Positions 1-10,484 of a DNA stretch of 42,931 bases are shown piece after piece. Source of the stretch: a virus (lineage: Duplodnaviria > Heunggongvirae > Uroviricota > Caudoviricetes); IMG/VR virus record IMGVR_UViG_2541047844_000013, positions 1 through 42,931 of that record. One strand, given 5' to 3'. The stretch's first letter is position 1. The number at the start of each line of letters is the position of its first letter. Under the pieces are notes generated by a model, which saw nothing but the letters and a program-made list of their open reading frames with translations, was not told the origin of the DNA and did no database searches. The translations under genes and the position numbers were made by a program.

Positions 1-933
1 ATGGACAACGACAAAATTGATCAACACAGCGACGAAATTGAAGTTGAGAGCGAAGAAAAAGAGCGCGGCAAAAAAATAGAAATAGATGAAGATCGACTCC
101 CCTCCCGGGCGATGGCAATTCATGAGCATATCCGCCAGGATGGTGAAAAAGAGCTGGAACGCGACGCAATGGCACTACTGTGGTCAGCCATTGCGGCGGG
201 TCTGTCGATGGGCGCTTCATTACTGGCAAAAGGGATATTTCATGTCGAACTGGAAGGTGTGCCGGGCAGCTTCTTGCTGGAGAATCTCGGTTATACCTTT
301 GGTTTTATTATCGTCATTATGGCCCGCCAGCAATTATTTACCGAAAACACCGTGACTGCGGTACTACCCGTCATGCAAAAACCGACAATGAGCAACGTTG
401 GCTTACTTATGCGGTTATGGGGCGTCGTGCTGCTGGGTAATATTCTCGGGACAGGTATTGCGGCGTGGGCATTTGAATATATGCCAATCTTCAATGAAGA
501 AACTCGCGATGCATTTGTCAAAATCGGCATGGATGTGATGAAGAACACCCCCAGCGAGATGTTTGCCAACGCGATCATTTCCGGCTGGCTGATCGCCACT
601 ATGGTATGGATGTTTCCTGCAGCGGGTGCGGCAAAGATTGTGGTGATTATATTGATGACCTGGCTTATTGCCCTGGGTGACACCACTCACATCGTTGTCG
701 GTTCTGTTGAAATCCTCTATCTGGTGTTTAACGGTACGCTGCACTGGAGCGATTTCATCTGGCCCTTCGCACTACCTACTTTAGCGGGGAACATCTGCGG
801 CGGCACCTTTATCTTCGCGTTAATGAGTCATGCACAGATTCGTAACGACATGAGCAACAAGCGCAAAGCAGAAGCACGCCAAAAAGCAGAACGTGCGGAA
901 AACATTAAGAAAAATGATAAAAACCCGGCATAA
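1..933 (+). CDS. yfdC: Inner membrane protein YfdC (formate/nitrite transporter family), host gene
   Basis: 310-aa ORF starting at window base 1; multi-TM profile; recognised as YfdC, the gene upstream of argW in E. coli K-12. From memory, not searched. Confidence 0.8.
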   Translation: MDNDKIDQHSDEIEVESEEKERGKKIEIDEDRLPSRAMAIHEHIRQDGEKELERDAMALLWSAIAAGLSMGASLLAKGIFHVELEGVPGSFLLENLGYTFGFIIVIMARQQLFTENTVTAVLPVMQKPTMSNVGLLMRLWGVVLLGNILGTGIAAWAFEYMPIFNEETRDAFVKIGMDVMKNTPSEMFANAIISGWLIATMVWMFPAAGAAKIVVIILMTWLIALGDTTHIVVGSVEILYLVFNGTLHWSDFIWPFALPTLAGNICGGTFIFALMSHAQIRNDMSNKRKAEARQKAERAENIKKNDKNPA

Positions 934-1008
934 ATGGCGAGGGTTTAAGCAATCGAGCGGCAGCGTACTTACCCCGCAGTCCATTAGCGGGTATACTCAT
1001 GCCGCATT

Positions 1009-1083
1009 GTCCTCTTAGTTAAATGGATATAACGAGCCCCTCCTAAGGGCTAATTGCAGGTTCGATTCCTGCAGGGGACACCA
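1009..1083 (+). tRNA. argW: tRNA-Arg (anticodon CCU), prophage integration target
   Basis: 75-nt cloverleaf GTCCTCTTAGTTAAATGGATATAACGAGCCCCTCCTAAGGGCTAATTGCAGGTTCGATTCCTGCAGGGGACACCA; anticodon loop CUCCUAA; T-arm GGTTCGATTCC; terminal CCA. Confidence 0.9.
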
Positions 1084-1244
1084 TTTATCAGTTCGCTCCC
1101 ATCCGTACCAGTCCGCAAAATCCCCTGAATATCAAGCCTTCCGTAGATTCACAGTTCGTCATGGTTCGCGTCAGATCGTTGACAGCCGCACTCCATGACG
1201 GGTAAAAAGTGGATAAAATAATTTTACCCACCGGATTTTTACCC

Positions 1245-2402
1245 ATGCTCACCGTTAAGCAGATTGAAGCAGCAAAGCCGAAAGAAAAACCATACCGCCT
1301 TCTCGATGGTAATGGCCTGTACCTTTATGTCCCTGTGTCAGGGAAAAAGGTATGGCAGCTTCGCTACAAGATTGACGGTAAGGAGAAAATCCTGACCGTC
1401 GGGAAATATCCGCTTATGAGTTTGCAGGAGGCAAGGGATAAAGCATGGACCGCGAGGAAAGACATCTCGGTTGGCATCGATCCGGTAAAAGCGAAAAAGG
1501 CTTCGTCTAACAACAATTCCTTTAGCGCCATTTACAAGGAATGGTACGAGCACAAGAAGCAAGTATGGTCAGTAGGGTATGCGACTGAACTTGCAAAAAT
1601 GTTTGATGACGACATTTTACCTATCATCGGCGGCCTTGAAATTCAGGATATTGAGCCGATAAAACTGCTGGAAGTAATCCGCAGATTTGAAGATCGCGGT
1701 GCAATGGAGCGAGCCAACAAAGCCCGCAGAAGATGCGGAGAGGTTTTCCGTTACGCTATTGTCACTGGTAGGGCTAAATATAACCCGGCACCTGACCTTG
1801 CTGACGCCATGAAGGGATACCGCAAGAAGAACTTCCCGTTTCTCCCAGCAGACCAGATCCCTGCATTCAACAAAGCACTGGCAACATTTTCAGGAAGCAT
1901 CATATCGCTCATTGCGACCAAAGTTTTACGCTACACAGCCCTAAGAACGAAAGAGCTTCGCTCCATGCAATGGAAGAACGTCGATTTTGAAAACAGGATT
2001 ATCACTATCGACGCCAGTGTGATGAAGGGCCGCAAAATTCATGTGGTCCCGATGTCAGACCAGGTGGTTGAACTTCTCACTACGCTAAGCTCAATCACCA
2101 AACCAGTCTCAGAGTTTGTTTTTGCCGGGCGCAACGATAAGAAGAAGCCAATCTGCGAGAACGCGGTTCTACTTGTGATCAAACAAATCGGCTATGAGGG
2201 TCTGGAAAGCGGTCACGGATTCAGGCATGAATTCAGCACGATTATGAACGAGCACGAATGGCCTGCTGACGCTATTGAAGTGCAACTTGCACATGCCAAC
2301 GGCGGATCTGTGCGTGGAATTTACAACCATGCTCAGTATCTCGATAAGCGCAGAGAAATGATGCAGTGGTGGGCGGACTGGATTGATGAAAAGGTGGGCT
2401 AA
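1245..2402 (+). CDS. intS: Tyrosine integrase, P4 family (IntS-like); the upstream in-frame ATG at 1209 is less likely
   Basis: 385 aa from MLTVKQIEAAKPKEK; N-terminal arm-binding domain and C-terminal catalytic domain pattern; sits immediately 3' of argW as intS does in K-12 KplE1. Confidence 0.88.
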   Translation: MLTVKQIEAAKPKEKPYRLLDGNGLYLYVPVSGKKVWQLRYKIDGKEKILTVGKYPLMSLQEARDKAWTARKDISVGIDPVKAKKASSNNNSFSAIYKEWYEHKKQVWSVGYATELAKMFDDDILPIIGGLEIQDIEPIKLLEVIRRFEDRGAMERANKARRRCGEVFRYAIVTGRAKYNPAPDLADAMKGYRKKNFPFLPADQIPAFNKALATFSGSIISLIATKVLRYTALRTKELRSMQWKNVDFENRIITIDASVMKGRKIHVVPMSDQVVELLTTLSSITKPVSEFVFAGRNDKKKPICENAVLLVIKQIGYEGLESGHGFRHEFSTIMNEHEWPADAIEVQLAHANGGSVRGIYNHAQYLDKRREMMQWWADWIDEKVG

Positions 2403-2493
2403 CCAACGCTATATCTCAGATAGCACAAAGCCTTGCAATCCAGTGCAAAGCTTTGTGTGTCTCAGTTTTGCCTCATAGGTAACTCTGTGTTAA

Positions 2494-2793
2494 CTACGAT
2501 GCAAGAATCCATACCAATAAGCATCCGATAATTGGGAAAGAAAAATCCAACAAACTTCCCACATCCCACACGCGTGGATCAAAACCTCCCCACCACGGCA
2601 TGTTGACACGTTTCCCTTTCCCAAACTTTTCTATCCAGCGATATTCTGCCTGGGTGTGTTCACGCGCAATGAAGAACGTACAACCGGCTATCGCACCGTA
2701 AGCCCAGTTTCCGGTAAAAATACCAACCAGTACCTGAGCCGCAAAAGCGCAAAGCGAGTGAAGAAATGGAGTGACATCAATGCTCTTAATCAT
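2494..2793 (-). CDS. Small hydrophobic membrane protein, unknown function (occupies the oac/gtr lysogenic-conversion position)
   Basis: 99-aa ORF with hydrophobic N- and C-terminal segments; located between int and tailspike; no family recognised. Confidence 0.4.
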   Translation of the reverse strand: MIKSIDVTPFLHSLCAFAAQVLVGIFTGNWAYGAIAGCTFFIAREHTQAEYRWIEKFGKGKRVNMPWWGGFDPRVWDVGSLLDFSFPIIGCLLVWILAS

Positions 2794-4847
2794 GAAACTT
2801 CCCCATTGGTTGAAAATATGGCTCCTCCAACTCCAAGTGTATTTCGTGTTGTGCTCAACCTAAGAGGGCTGGAGTCAGAATTAGAATATCCTGTAGCAGA
2901 AATAAAAGATCCTCCACTAATAGTCAACTGCGGAACATCGGCTATATCTGAATAAGTTCTGTCAGCAACAGTATTATTTATAGCCACATGTGATCCAAAA
3001 AAACTTCTTATTGTTTGGTTTTTAACTTTACTTCCTTCAATGGTTATCCTACTACCACAGTCAGCAATAAATCCTGAATCTGCATCCAGCGTTGCATTCA
3101 TAAAAGAAGCTTCAGATCTCTCTACATCAATCCATCTAATATCTTTTGTGGGATTTGCACCAAATACATGACAAATATTAGAGTTAAACCTTACACCATC
3201 TTGGAGGTGCATTAATTTTTTTATATCTGTACCCCATAGCCTTGGAAAATTAACAGATGCTCCTGCATGGCAATCAAATCCCAACTCAGCCCCTGAGATA
3301 TCTACAGCCTTTCCTGAAATAACAGCACCAGTGTCTGCATTAACGGCTGTTCCACAATTGCGCATATCATTACCAGCAATATCAACACAACTCGCACCAT
3401 CAATACGCACACCAAGTGCACATCCATAAAAACCTTTTTCAATATTTGGTTCAAGGACTTTACCACTTGTTTCTGCATCACTTTCTTCAACGTCATGTCG
3501 TCTTGCATCAACATATGCTGTATGAATGCAGGTTAATCCACGATATGAGCAATGTATAGTTTTATGGTCGCGTATATTAACATTTGAACCATCTCTTACA
3601 TTCCATCCTATATAACAATAGCTTGCACTTGACCCCTGAAAATCTGCTTTAACATTATAAATACAATTAACTGACGCAACCGTACTCTCTGTGCACCGTT
3701 CAAACTTGCTTACAGGCATTGATGCCTTGACATTATTTACCAGTTGCAGGGAAGAGTATCTGCTATAAGAAAAATCACATACGTAATACCCTTCTGGCAT
3801 ATATGCAGCAACACTTTCCTCATCAGGAGCACATCCGGTATGATATGCACTAATTTTTGCACCAAAGCTACCATGAATTCCAACGTAGAACTTTCGAGCA
3901 CCTGAATACGGATAGAAATTAAGTTCAGCTTTTTGAGTTACAATAAATGCACAAACATCGCTATCATCTCTATTTTCTTCAATCTGAATAGCAAATACAG
4001 GACTTTTTGCTGCATCGCAAATGTAAAATAAATATTTGTATTCGTAATACGTCCTAACAGTTTTAGTAAACAAACTGGTATCAGAGAAAACCACTGAGTC
4101 TTCTGATATTATTTTAATCCATGATAAGTCACATCCTGCTGAAATTTCTATTTGCTCATTGAGCACAAAACCGGAAAGAATTTTAATTATGCAAAAGTCA
4201 ATGCCATTTTTCCATAGTGGACGCAGTGCAACAGCCGAGTTTAGAGCATCACTAATAGATTTAAAATTACCATATTCCCCAACTGTTATTGTGAATGCAT
4301 ACCTGGAATTAAATACTGCGGCACTCTCTCCAGAGTTAATAGCTGCAGATATCATGTCATAATTTGATATAAAATCATTTGGCGTGATTATTTCTGCGTT
4401 TTTATTGTGCTGTGTTCTAAGTTTTGAATTTACATGAACACTTTTAACTGCAATACGGGAGTCGTCAACAAGTATTTCATTACCCTCTGTTGCTAACTCT
4501 TGTCTTAACTGATCCGGGTCATACTTCAGCACATTCGGAAAATTGAACTGCTGTGCACCATACGCATCATAAACAGCCATAGAATGGCCTTGCTCAGTTA
4601 CGAATTTGGCAATCTGTCCGTTATATACAGGATAACCAGCAGCGTTAATGATGATTGGTTGCGAAACAGGAACGTGAGAGCCGTCTTCGTTCTCTACATA
4701 AACCTGAATCTGGTTTTCAGGATTTACCGGGTCAGTGTCAATTTTACCGATATAAATTTTGCCATTGGCTACGGCTTTAAAAGAACGCGCCATAGTGAAG
4801 AGTTGCGAAGGCATACTCACTACAACATTGGCTGTAATGTCTGTCAT
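2790..4847 (-). CDS. Tailspike protein: P22 gp9-like N-terminal head-binding domain fused to a different receptor-binding/depolymerase domain
   Basis: First ~110 aa ([43 protein letters not shown]...VLKYDPDQ) match P22 gp9 N-terminus from memory; the remaining ~570 aa do not resemble P22 gp9. Confidence 0.88.
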   Translation of the reverse strand: MTDITANVVVSMPSQLFTMARSFKAVANGKIYIGKIDTDPVNPENQIQVYVENEDGSHVPVSQPIIINAAGYPVYNGQIAKFVTEQGHSMAVYDAYGAQQFNFPNVLKYDPDQLRQELATEGNEILVDDSRIAVKSVHVNSKLRTQHNKNAEIITPNDFISNYDMISAAINSGESAAVFNSRYAFTITVGEYGNFKSISDALNSAVALRPLWKNGIDFCIIKILSGFVLNEQIEISAGCDLSWIKIISEDSVVFSDTSLFTKTVRTYYEYKYLFYICDAAKSPVFAIQIEENRDDSDVCAFIVTQKAELNFYPYSGARKFYVGIHGSFGAKISAYHTGCAPDEESVAAYMPEGYYVCDFSYSRYSSLQLVNNVKASMPVSKFERCTESTVASVNCIYNVKADFQGSSASYCYIGWNVRDGSNVNIRDHKTIHCSYRGLTCIHTAYVDARRHDVEESDAETSGKVLEPNIEKGFYGCALGVRIDGASCVDIAGNDMRNCGTAVNADTGAVISGKAVDISGAELGFDCHAGASVNFPRLWGTDIKKLMHLQDGVRFNSNICHVFGANPTKDIRWIDVERSEASFMNATLDADSGFIADCGSRITIEGSKVKNQTIRSFFGSHVAINNTVADRTYSDIADVPQLTISGGSFISATGYSNSDSSPLRLSTTRNTLGVGGAIFSTNGEVS

Positions 4848-4915
4848 TTAATTTGCTCCAGGTACAAGGAATCGCCGCAGCATTGCCACAGTGATGCATT
4901 ATTAATCAAACAAAG

Positions 4916-4930
4916 AGACCACTGTGGTCT
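4916..4930. promoter_or_regulatory. Candidate Mnt operator: 15-bp inverted repeat AGACCAC-T-GTGGTCT between mnt and tailspike
   Basis: Perfect 7-bp arms around a central base; resembles the P22 Omnt CCAC-GTGG core as I recall it; lies in the 146-bp divergent intergenic region. Confidence 0.5.
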
Positions 4931-4993
4931 TATTGAGGATGCAACCAGCAGATAATAAGATGCCGATCCACTCACAAAAGCGAGGCATCAAGA

Positions 4994-5245
4994 ATGGGAA
5001 GAGATGACCCGCAATTTAATCTGCGGCTACCTTACGAATTAAAGGAAAAACTAAAACAGCGAGCCAAATCCAATGGCCGCTCTCTTAATTCAGAATTAGT
5101 TCAGATAGTGACTGATGCTGTATCAAAGCCATCCAAAATTTCAGGCTATCGAGACGATGCGGAACGCATCGCTGATGAGCAGTCTGAACTTGTTAAGAAG
5201 ATGGTGTTTGATACGCTGAAGGATTTGTACAAAAAACCCACCTGA
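4994..5245 (+). CDS. mnt: Mnt repressor (ribbon-helix-helix, Arc/Mnt family)
   Basis: 83 aa; MGRDDPQFNLRLPYELKEKLKQRAKSNGRSLNSELVQIV...ERIADEQSELVKKMVFDTLKDLYKK is near-identical in pattern to P22 Mnt; Gln at the position of Mnt His6. Confidence 0.85.
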   Translation: MGRDDPQFNLRLPYELKEKLKQRAKSNGRSLNSELVQIVTDAVSKPSKISGYRDDAERIADEQSELVKKMVFDTLKDLYKKPT

Positions 5246-5259
5246 AGGTGGGTCCTATT
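5236..5259. terminator. Bidirectional rho-independent terminator between mnt and the convergent lipoprotein gene
   Basis: Hairpin ACCCACC-TGAA-GGTGGGT flanked by A6 upstream and a T-rich run downstream, so the complement has a U6 tract; overlaps the mnt stop codon. Confidence 0.55.
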
Positions 5260-5261
5260 TA

Positions 5262-5681
5262 TTAGTCTTGCTTTGTTGATGGTATAAGAGATGCGTTTGC
5301 CTCTTTTGGCTTCAAGGTATACATCCCACCATTAAAAGGATCTACAGCAAGCCAACCAATTAACCCACCAAACACAAGGTTTCCACCAATATACCAACCA
5401 TTAGCATTGGCTTTGATTGGCAGGGTAACTGGTTCGTACCCATCCTTTTCCATAGTGATCTGGTAGCTCTTTTTGCCAAAATAACTACCATCTGACTTGG
5501 CAAGAGTTACTCCTTGCGGAGTCTTACCTTGCGCAACAATCACGCCGGATTCGTCTTTTACCTTAAAGCTCGCACCGGAAGGATTGCTGTTCACTTGCAC
5601 AAGCTGTGTTTCGTCACCAACAATAGTTGCGCACCCAGATAACAATATAGCGCCAGCAACGACGCCGATAATCCTCTTCAT
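5262..5681 (-). CDS. Lipoprotein, PEGA-like domain, unknown function (accessory gene)
   Basis: Signal peptide with lipobox LLSGC; PSGA motif; 139 aa; in the immI-equivalent region between the ejection genes and the tailspike. Confidence 0.6.
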   Translation of the reverse strand: MKRIIGVVAGAILLSGCATIVGDETQLVQVNSNPSGASFKVKDESGVIVAQGKTPQGVTLAKSDGSYFGKKSYQITMEKDGYEPVTLPIKANANGWYIGGNLVFGGLIGWLAVDPFNGGMYTLKPKEANASLIPSTKQD

Positions 5682-5815
5682 ATTACTTTCCGTTTTGTTA
5701 GAATCAGAAAGATCTTAATAATAAAAAGTATTTTCGTGAAGATATTGTCGATTGAGTTAATAACTCATTTACACCCAACAGTGCCATGATGGCAAAGATA
5801 AGGAGAGTTAATCAT

Positions 5816-6301
5816 ATGAAAAAATCACTGTTAATTATCCCGCTTCTGCTGGCAGGGTGTGCAAAGGTTAGCGACTATCAGGCAAGTTGCGAACAACGCT
5901 ATCCAAAGCTTAGCGATATGGCTAATTGCCTTGATGCTAGCGTGAAGAGCGACTCACGCATGGCATCAGCACCAACACCTAAGTTGTATGTCCTTGCTGC
6001 GAAGATGCTCGGGCAAGGTGTCGATGATGGCAAGATAAGTGACGCGCAGGCAAGACTTGAGCTTCAGAATCTTTATGTTCAATTACAAAGCCAAGAACAA
6101 GCCCAACAAATAGCACAAAGCCAAGCATTCCAGCAGGCTTTATTGAATTATCAGGCTGTAAACACAATGCAAGCTATCGAGCAAAAAGCGCGCCAGCCTG
6201 TTATAACTCAACCTTACCCAACACGCGTTGACACTTACACAAACTGCAATTCAGGGTTTGGAAATACAGTCACATGCAACAGTAGCAGTAACATCAGATA
6301 A
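5816..6301 (+). CDS. Lipoprotein with Q-rich central region, unknown function (accessory gene)
   Basis: Start chosen at MKKSLLIIPLLLAGC (lipobox LAGC) with AAGGAGAG Shine-Dalgarno 8 nt upstream; divergent from the 5262-5681 gene. Confidence 0.6.
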   Translation: MKKSLLIIPLLLAGCAKVSDYQASCEQRYPKLSDMANCLDASVKSDSRMASAPTPKLYVLAAKMLGQGVDDGKISDAQARLELQNLYVQLQSQEQAQQIAQSQAFQQALLNYQAVNTMQAIEQKARQPVITQPYPTRVDTYTNCNSGFGNTVTCNSSSNIR

Positions 6302-6391
6302 CAATCAGCAAAGGTATCGCCTATGCAGAGGGATACGATAAACCTCGCGTTCTACATATTTGGTTTTTGCACGTTCCTGGTGTTTGAAAAG

Positions 6392-8389
6392 CTATTCTGA
6401 CAACGCATCAGACTTAGCCCCCTGAGTAAGGGCGTTAATGGCCTTTTGCGCCTGCTGCATGGCTTTCTCAAACGCTGTTGATCCGCGTGGGGTGTTTGCC
6501 ATTCGGAGCATTGCATTTCTGAATGGCTCGCTCTCATAGGCGCGAGTAAGAAGTCCGTAGCTTACTGCTGCGCCAGTTGTAGCCGGGTTCATTGCCGTCC
6601 CATACCCAATTATGAACGGGATAGTTTGCTGCCCTGTGGGTGTTGTTACTGCCGCTTTTGCAGCCTGCTGCGTGGATTGCAGGTAGTTTTTTAATCCTTT
6701 CAGATAAGCAGCGTCCTGCCCCTTAAATGTGATGCCAGTCTGGTTTTGCAGGATGTTAAGCTGCCGAAGGAACTGGTCAGGGGATCCGCCAGATTTCTCC
6801 ATCGCCTTTCCAATGATGCCATTGCGCATTTGCGTCCTGCCAACACGACCAACTGAGTTATACAGAGTCTTAATTTCCGATTTGTTCTTGCTGAATAGCA
6901 TGTTGTTGACAACTTCCGGCGTCAGGTCGCCTTTCATGAGAACATTCTTCAGCCTGGTATTCTTTAGTTTCGCCGCTTCGTCAGCGTAGACGGCATTGGC
7001 CTGCTGATATTTACGGAGAGTATCGTTGCCAAGATTCTGACCAATGGCACCATTGATATCGTCGGTCATTGCCTTGTAAACGCGCTGAATGGCAGCATCG
7101 GAACGGTTTGGTAACACTGGTCGCTCACCTTTCACGTCCATTCTGAACTGGCTGCGCAGGTCGCTTAATTGCTTCAAATCCAGATTTACCGGACCATCAG
7201 GACCAGCATTGCGAACAAGCTCATCACGATATGACTGAAGTTTTGAAATTGTCTCGTTATCAGCTACCTTACCAAGCTTCTGCAGATTAGATATTTCTGT
7301 ATCAATCTGCTGAATTGCTCGCGCAGGCTGAATGTTTACTCCAGCCATAGCATTCTGAACCTGCTCCAGTCGATTACCGGCGGCACGACGAATTCCTGAT
7401 GTTTTCGCTTTAAGGCTGTCAATAACAACCGCTGGATCATACTCACCGAATTTATCGGCAAATCTCTGCACCAACTGGCTTCTCGCTTCCTGTTGCGTTG
7501 CTCTCATTCCGCTTGTGCCAGCCAGAGGGATATTTTCTGCTGTAGTCTGCGCCATTTTTCCGACGCGGGAAGTGGGTTGTAACAGGTCTGTGGTGTGCAG
7601 AGGAACTCCTTCACGCTCTGCAAATCTGATAGCCTGCTGCGCTTCTGGCGCAATAGCACCACGAACGCCACGATAAGCAGCACCTAATCCACGCCCGGCA
7701 GCGTTAATAGCAGCGCCAGCAAGTACACCAACGCCTAAATCGGTGGCGAGTGCTTCCGCATCATCTTTCGCACTATTTGCAGCAAGTGATCCAACTGCGT
7801 TTTCTGCTAGAAGGCGAGTTGCCCCCTGAGCAATTCGACCAGCAAGTGTTGGTGCCTGTACCGCCGCTCTCTCAACGCCAGCAGGAGTGAGGTAAGGCAA
7901 TGCTTCAGCAAATACCTTTCCCTCTGTCGTTTGTGGAGTCAGCGCACCTTGCTGAAGGCCAAAGTCCTGCTCTAATCCCTGCGTTGTTACTCGTGGTGCT
8001 GGTTGATATGTACCATCGCCAATACCGAGTTTACCGCCAGCCCAAGCCGCCGCGCTTGTTACAGCATCGGCAACTGATGCAGGTATGTTTGCCACGTTCA
8101 CGCCAGCCTGCACCATTCCGCGACCAGTCTCTTTTACTGCTTCGCCAAGATCAGACATAAATCCACTTTGCTGTGGTTGTTGCTGTGCTACTGGTTGCTG
8201 TGTCTCCACTGACTGCACAAATGGCAATGGATAGGCAGCATAGAAAGCTTGCTTAGCCTGCTCTGCATTTTCTCCGGCTTGCGGGGCCACGACTTCATTG
8301 AAGTATTGCTCCTGAGCCTGCGCTTTTTGTTCTGGTGCTAACGCCTGATACTGTGGAGAGGCGATAACATCTTTCCATGCTTTAGCCAT
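6392..8389 (-). CDS. Ejection (injection) protein, P22 gp16-like
   Basis: 665 aa; position and order (14-7-20-16) downstream of the tail needle as in P22; Ala/Gln-rich composition typical of ejection proteins. Confidence 0.7.
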   Translation of the reverse strand: MAKAWKDVIASPQYQALAPEQKAQAQEQYFNEVVAPQAGENAEQAKQAFYAAYPLPFVQSVETQQPVAQQQPQQSGFMSDLGEAVKETGRGMVQAGVNVANIPASVADAVTSAAAWAGGKLGIGDGTYQPAPRVTTQGLEQDFGLQQGALTPQTTEGKVFAEALPYLTPAGVERAAVQAPTLAGRIAQGATRLLAENAVGSLAANSAKDDAEALATDLGVGVLAGAAINAAGRGLGAAYRGVRGAIAPEAQQAIRFAEREGVPLHTTDLLQPTSRVGKMAQTTAENIPLAGTSGMRATQQEARSQLVQRFADKFGEYDPAVVIDSLKAKTSGIRRAAGNRLEQVQNAMAGVNIQPARAIQQIDTEISNLQKLGKVADNETISKLQSYRDELVRNAGPDGPVNLDLKQLSDLRSQFRMDVKGERPVLPNRSDAAIQRVYKAMTDDINGAIGQNLGNDTLRKYQQANAVYADEAAKLKNTRLKNVLMKGDLTPEVVNNMLFSKNKSEIKTLYNSVGRVGRTQMRNGIIGKAMEKSGGSPDQFLRQLNILQNQTGITFKGQDAAYLKGLKNYLQSTQQAAKAAVTTPTGQQTIPFIIGYGTAMNPATTGAAVSYGLLTRAYESEPFRNAMLRMANTPRGSTAFEKAMQQAQKAINALTQGAKSDALSE

Positions 8390-9777
8390 TAATCACCCCA
8401 TAGTGAAGAAAAGTTACTGCTGGCTGCTGGCTGTGATACCTGCGCAGGTTGAGATTGCTGCCGCTGAGATTTACCAACATTAACGTTATATTGTTGGTTG
8501 TAATTGTTGGTGTATTCCTGAATCTCACGAATCGACTGCTGCATAGCCTCCGGGCTTGAATAGTCAACCTGCGGCATCCCCTGAAAATACATCTTCGCTT
8601 CTGCAACGGTGTTAATACCACTGGCACCCATGTCCCTTGCTGCCGCCACACCCTGATTCTGCATTCTGCCCTGAATACGTTGTGCTGAGTTATATAACTG
8701 GCGCTGCTCTTTTCCCGTTAATCGGCTGCGAACATCAGCACCAATTGCTGGATTACCTGCACCGCCTGTCATTCCTGTCATGAAATCGAGAGCAGAAGCG
8801 TCTGCATTTGCGATCGCGTCGATATCCTTCTTCATGGCATAGTTTTGTGCTGATGCAGACGATGTTGCCGGCGCAGCGATTGAACTGGCAGGAACGCGAA
8901 CCATATTCCCCTCGTTGTCGATGCCTTCGTAGAACGCATTAGCCCCAGCGCCGTGAAGCTTCCCGCCTACCGTTACAGTTCTGCCATCTGATAACTGAAC
9001 TGTACGCTCATCATTCCCAGCAGTTCCTCTTGTTGACGATCGCTGCATTGCCAAATCCTGACCGCGTCGTGCAGTAGAAGCAGATAAATCCTGACCGCGC
9101 ATCGTGATGTTCTGACCACGCGCTGTTAGTGCTTCTCCAGCCTGATTGCTGCGGATTGTCTCTGCCAGCCTGCCTCGGTCAATTTCACGACCAGCCATCT
9201 TGTCCTGAACATTGAAGTAATCAATCGGACCAAGCGCAGCCATCCCAAGGTGATCAACAAACTCACCAAATCCTGAAGGATTCTGCTGATACATCTGAGC
9301 AACGCTGTTAGGGTCAACACCGACGCGAGTCAGTTCCTTGGCGTTGTTTTGCAGCCATGATTGCATTGCTTCTGGAGACGATGACGCAAGGCGTGCGCCA
9401 GCCGCTAAGGTGCCGATAGAATTGCGCTGGTCTTCATCAATGAATCCCATGCCTTTACGAACAGATTCAATCTGGTCTGGATATTGAGTAGCCAACTGAC
9501 GCAAAGCACCGCGATCACCAGACGCATAAGCATTAGCGTATGCCTGCTGAAATTCTTTCTGCCGCTGAGCCTGCTTTTCCTGCTGAAAAACACCCGCAAT
9601 ACCAGAAAGACCTTGCAAAGCTGTCAGCCCAACATTGTTAGCGCCTGAACGCTCAATATCATTGTTCTGCCTGATAAGCTGAAGCGTGTTGCCGATGTCA
9701 TTTACGCTCGGAGCGTTTGAGTTGACACCACCGATACCAGCCAACAATCCGCCATTTGTTCCTTGCCAAGTAGCCAT
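8389..9777 (-). CDS. Ejection protein, P22 gp20-like
   Basis: 462 aa (P22 gp20 about 471 aa); conserved gene order. Confidence 0.7.
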   Translation of the reverse strand: MATWQGTNGGLLAGIGGVNSNAPSVNDIGNTLQLIRQNNDIERSGANNVGLTALQGLSGIAGVFQQEKQAQRQKEFQQAYANAYASGDRGALRQLATQYPDQIESVRKGMGFIDEDQRNSIGTLAAGARLASSSPEAMQSWLQNNAKELTRVGVDPNSVAQMYQQNPSGFGEFVDHLGMAALGPIDYFNVQDKMAGREIDRGRLAETIRSNQAGEALTARGQNITMRGQDLSASTARRGQDLAMQRSSTRGTAGNDERTVQLSDGRTVTVGGKLHGAGANAFYEGIDNEGNMVRVPASSIAAPATSSASAQNYAMKKDIDAIANADASALDFMTGMTGGAGNPAIGADVRSRLTGKEQRQLYNSAQRIQGRMQNQGVAAARDMGASGINTVAEAKMYFQGMPQVDYSSPEAMQQSIREIQEYTNNYNQQYNVNVGKSQRQQSQPAQVSQPAASSNFSSLWGD

Positions 9778-9786
9778 GATTACCCC

Positions 9787-10482
9787 TTAAAACAACGATC
9801 CAAGCAGGCCAAGTCCGCCGCCAATTGCCGCACCTAATCCAGTGCCAAGTCCTGGAACAATAGAGCCAAGAGCAGCGCCAGTCATAGCCCCTGAAGCTCC
9901 GCCGCTAATTGCTGTCTGAAGGCCTGATGGTTTGTTGGCATTAGCAGCGGCAAGAGCTGCGCTTTGCTGTGCAATGCTGCTCATGTTGTTGGCATATGTC
10001 TGCCCAGCGTTTGCCTGACCTTGCAGAGCACCAAGCCCAACGTTTGCCAGATTGTTGTAATTGCTCATCTGGTTTGATAACCAAGACTGACCGAGAGTCG
10101 GCGCGATCGTAGCCAGTTGATTGCTTGTGGCTGTCGAACCAAGTCCTCCCGTAGCCTCCGCAGCAGCAAGACTCTGGTAACGAGCCTGACCTGCAAGGTC
10201 TTTATACTGCTGAGAGTTGTAATACTGATTAAGTGCCTGCCCCTGACCTTCTAAACTGGAAAGGTTCTGAAGCTGGTTAACATACTGCTCCGCAAGAGGC
10301 GTGAACGGAGCAAGGTTTTTCATGATCGTCTGCCACTGCTGATTTTGCAGGTCTGCGGCATACTTCTGAGCTTCTGCTGCATACTTTGCGCTTTTATCAG
10401 AACTGCCACCTTTCCCGCCTTTTTCAGGGCAATAAGGTTCCTCGCCGCGCAGTTTTCTGCCCAGCTTAAATGCATATAACAT
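9787..10482 (-). CDS. Ejection protein, P22 gp7-like
   Basis: 231 aa (P22 gp7 about 229 aa); conserved gene order. Confidence 0.7.
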   Translation of the reverse strand: MLYAFKLGRKLRGEEPYCPEKGGKGGSSDKSAKYAAEAQKYAADLQNQQWQTIMKNLAPFTPLAEQYVNQLQNLSSLEGQGQALNQYYNSQQYKDLAGQARYQSLAAAEATGGLGSTATSNQLATIAPTLGQSWLSNQMSNYNNLANVGLGALQGQANAGQTYANNMSSIAQQSAALAAANANKPSGLQTAISGGASGAMTGAALGSIVPGLGTGLGAAIGGGLGLLGSLF

Positions 10483-10484
10483 GG

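Noticed and set aside
86-744. Several overlapping ORFs in both orientations inside yfdC
   Set aside because: All overlap the well-supported yfdC frame and are typical alternative-frame artefacts.
1209-1244. Upstream in-frame ATG extending the integrase by 12 codons
   Set aside because: The 385-aa product from the second ATG matches the expected IntS length and N-terminus; the upstream extension is probably not translated.
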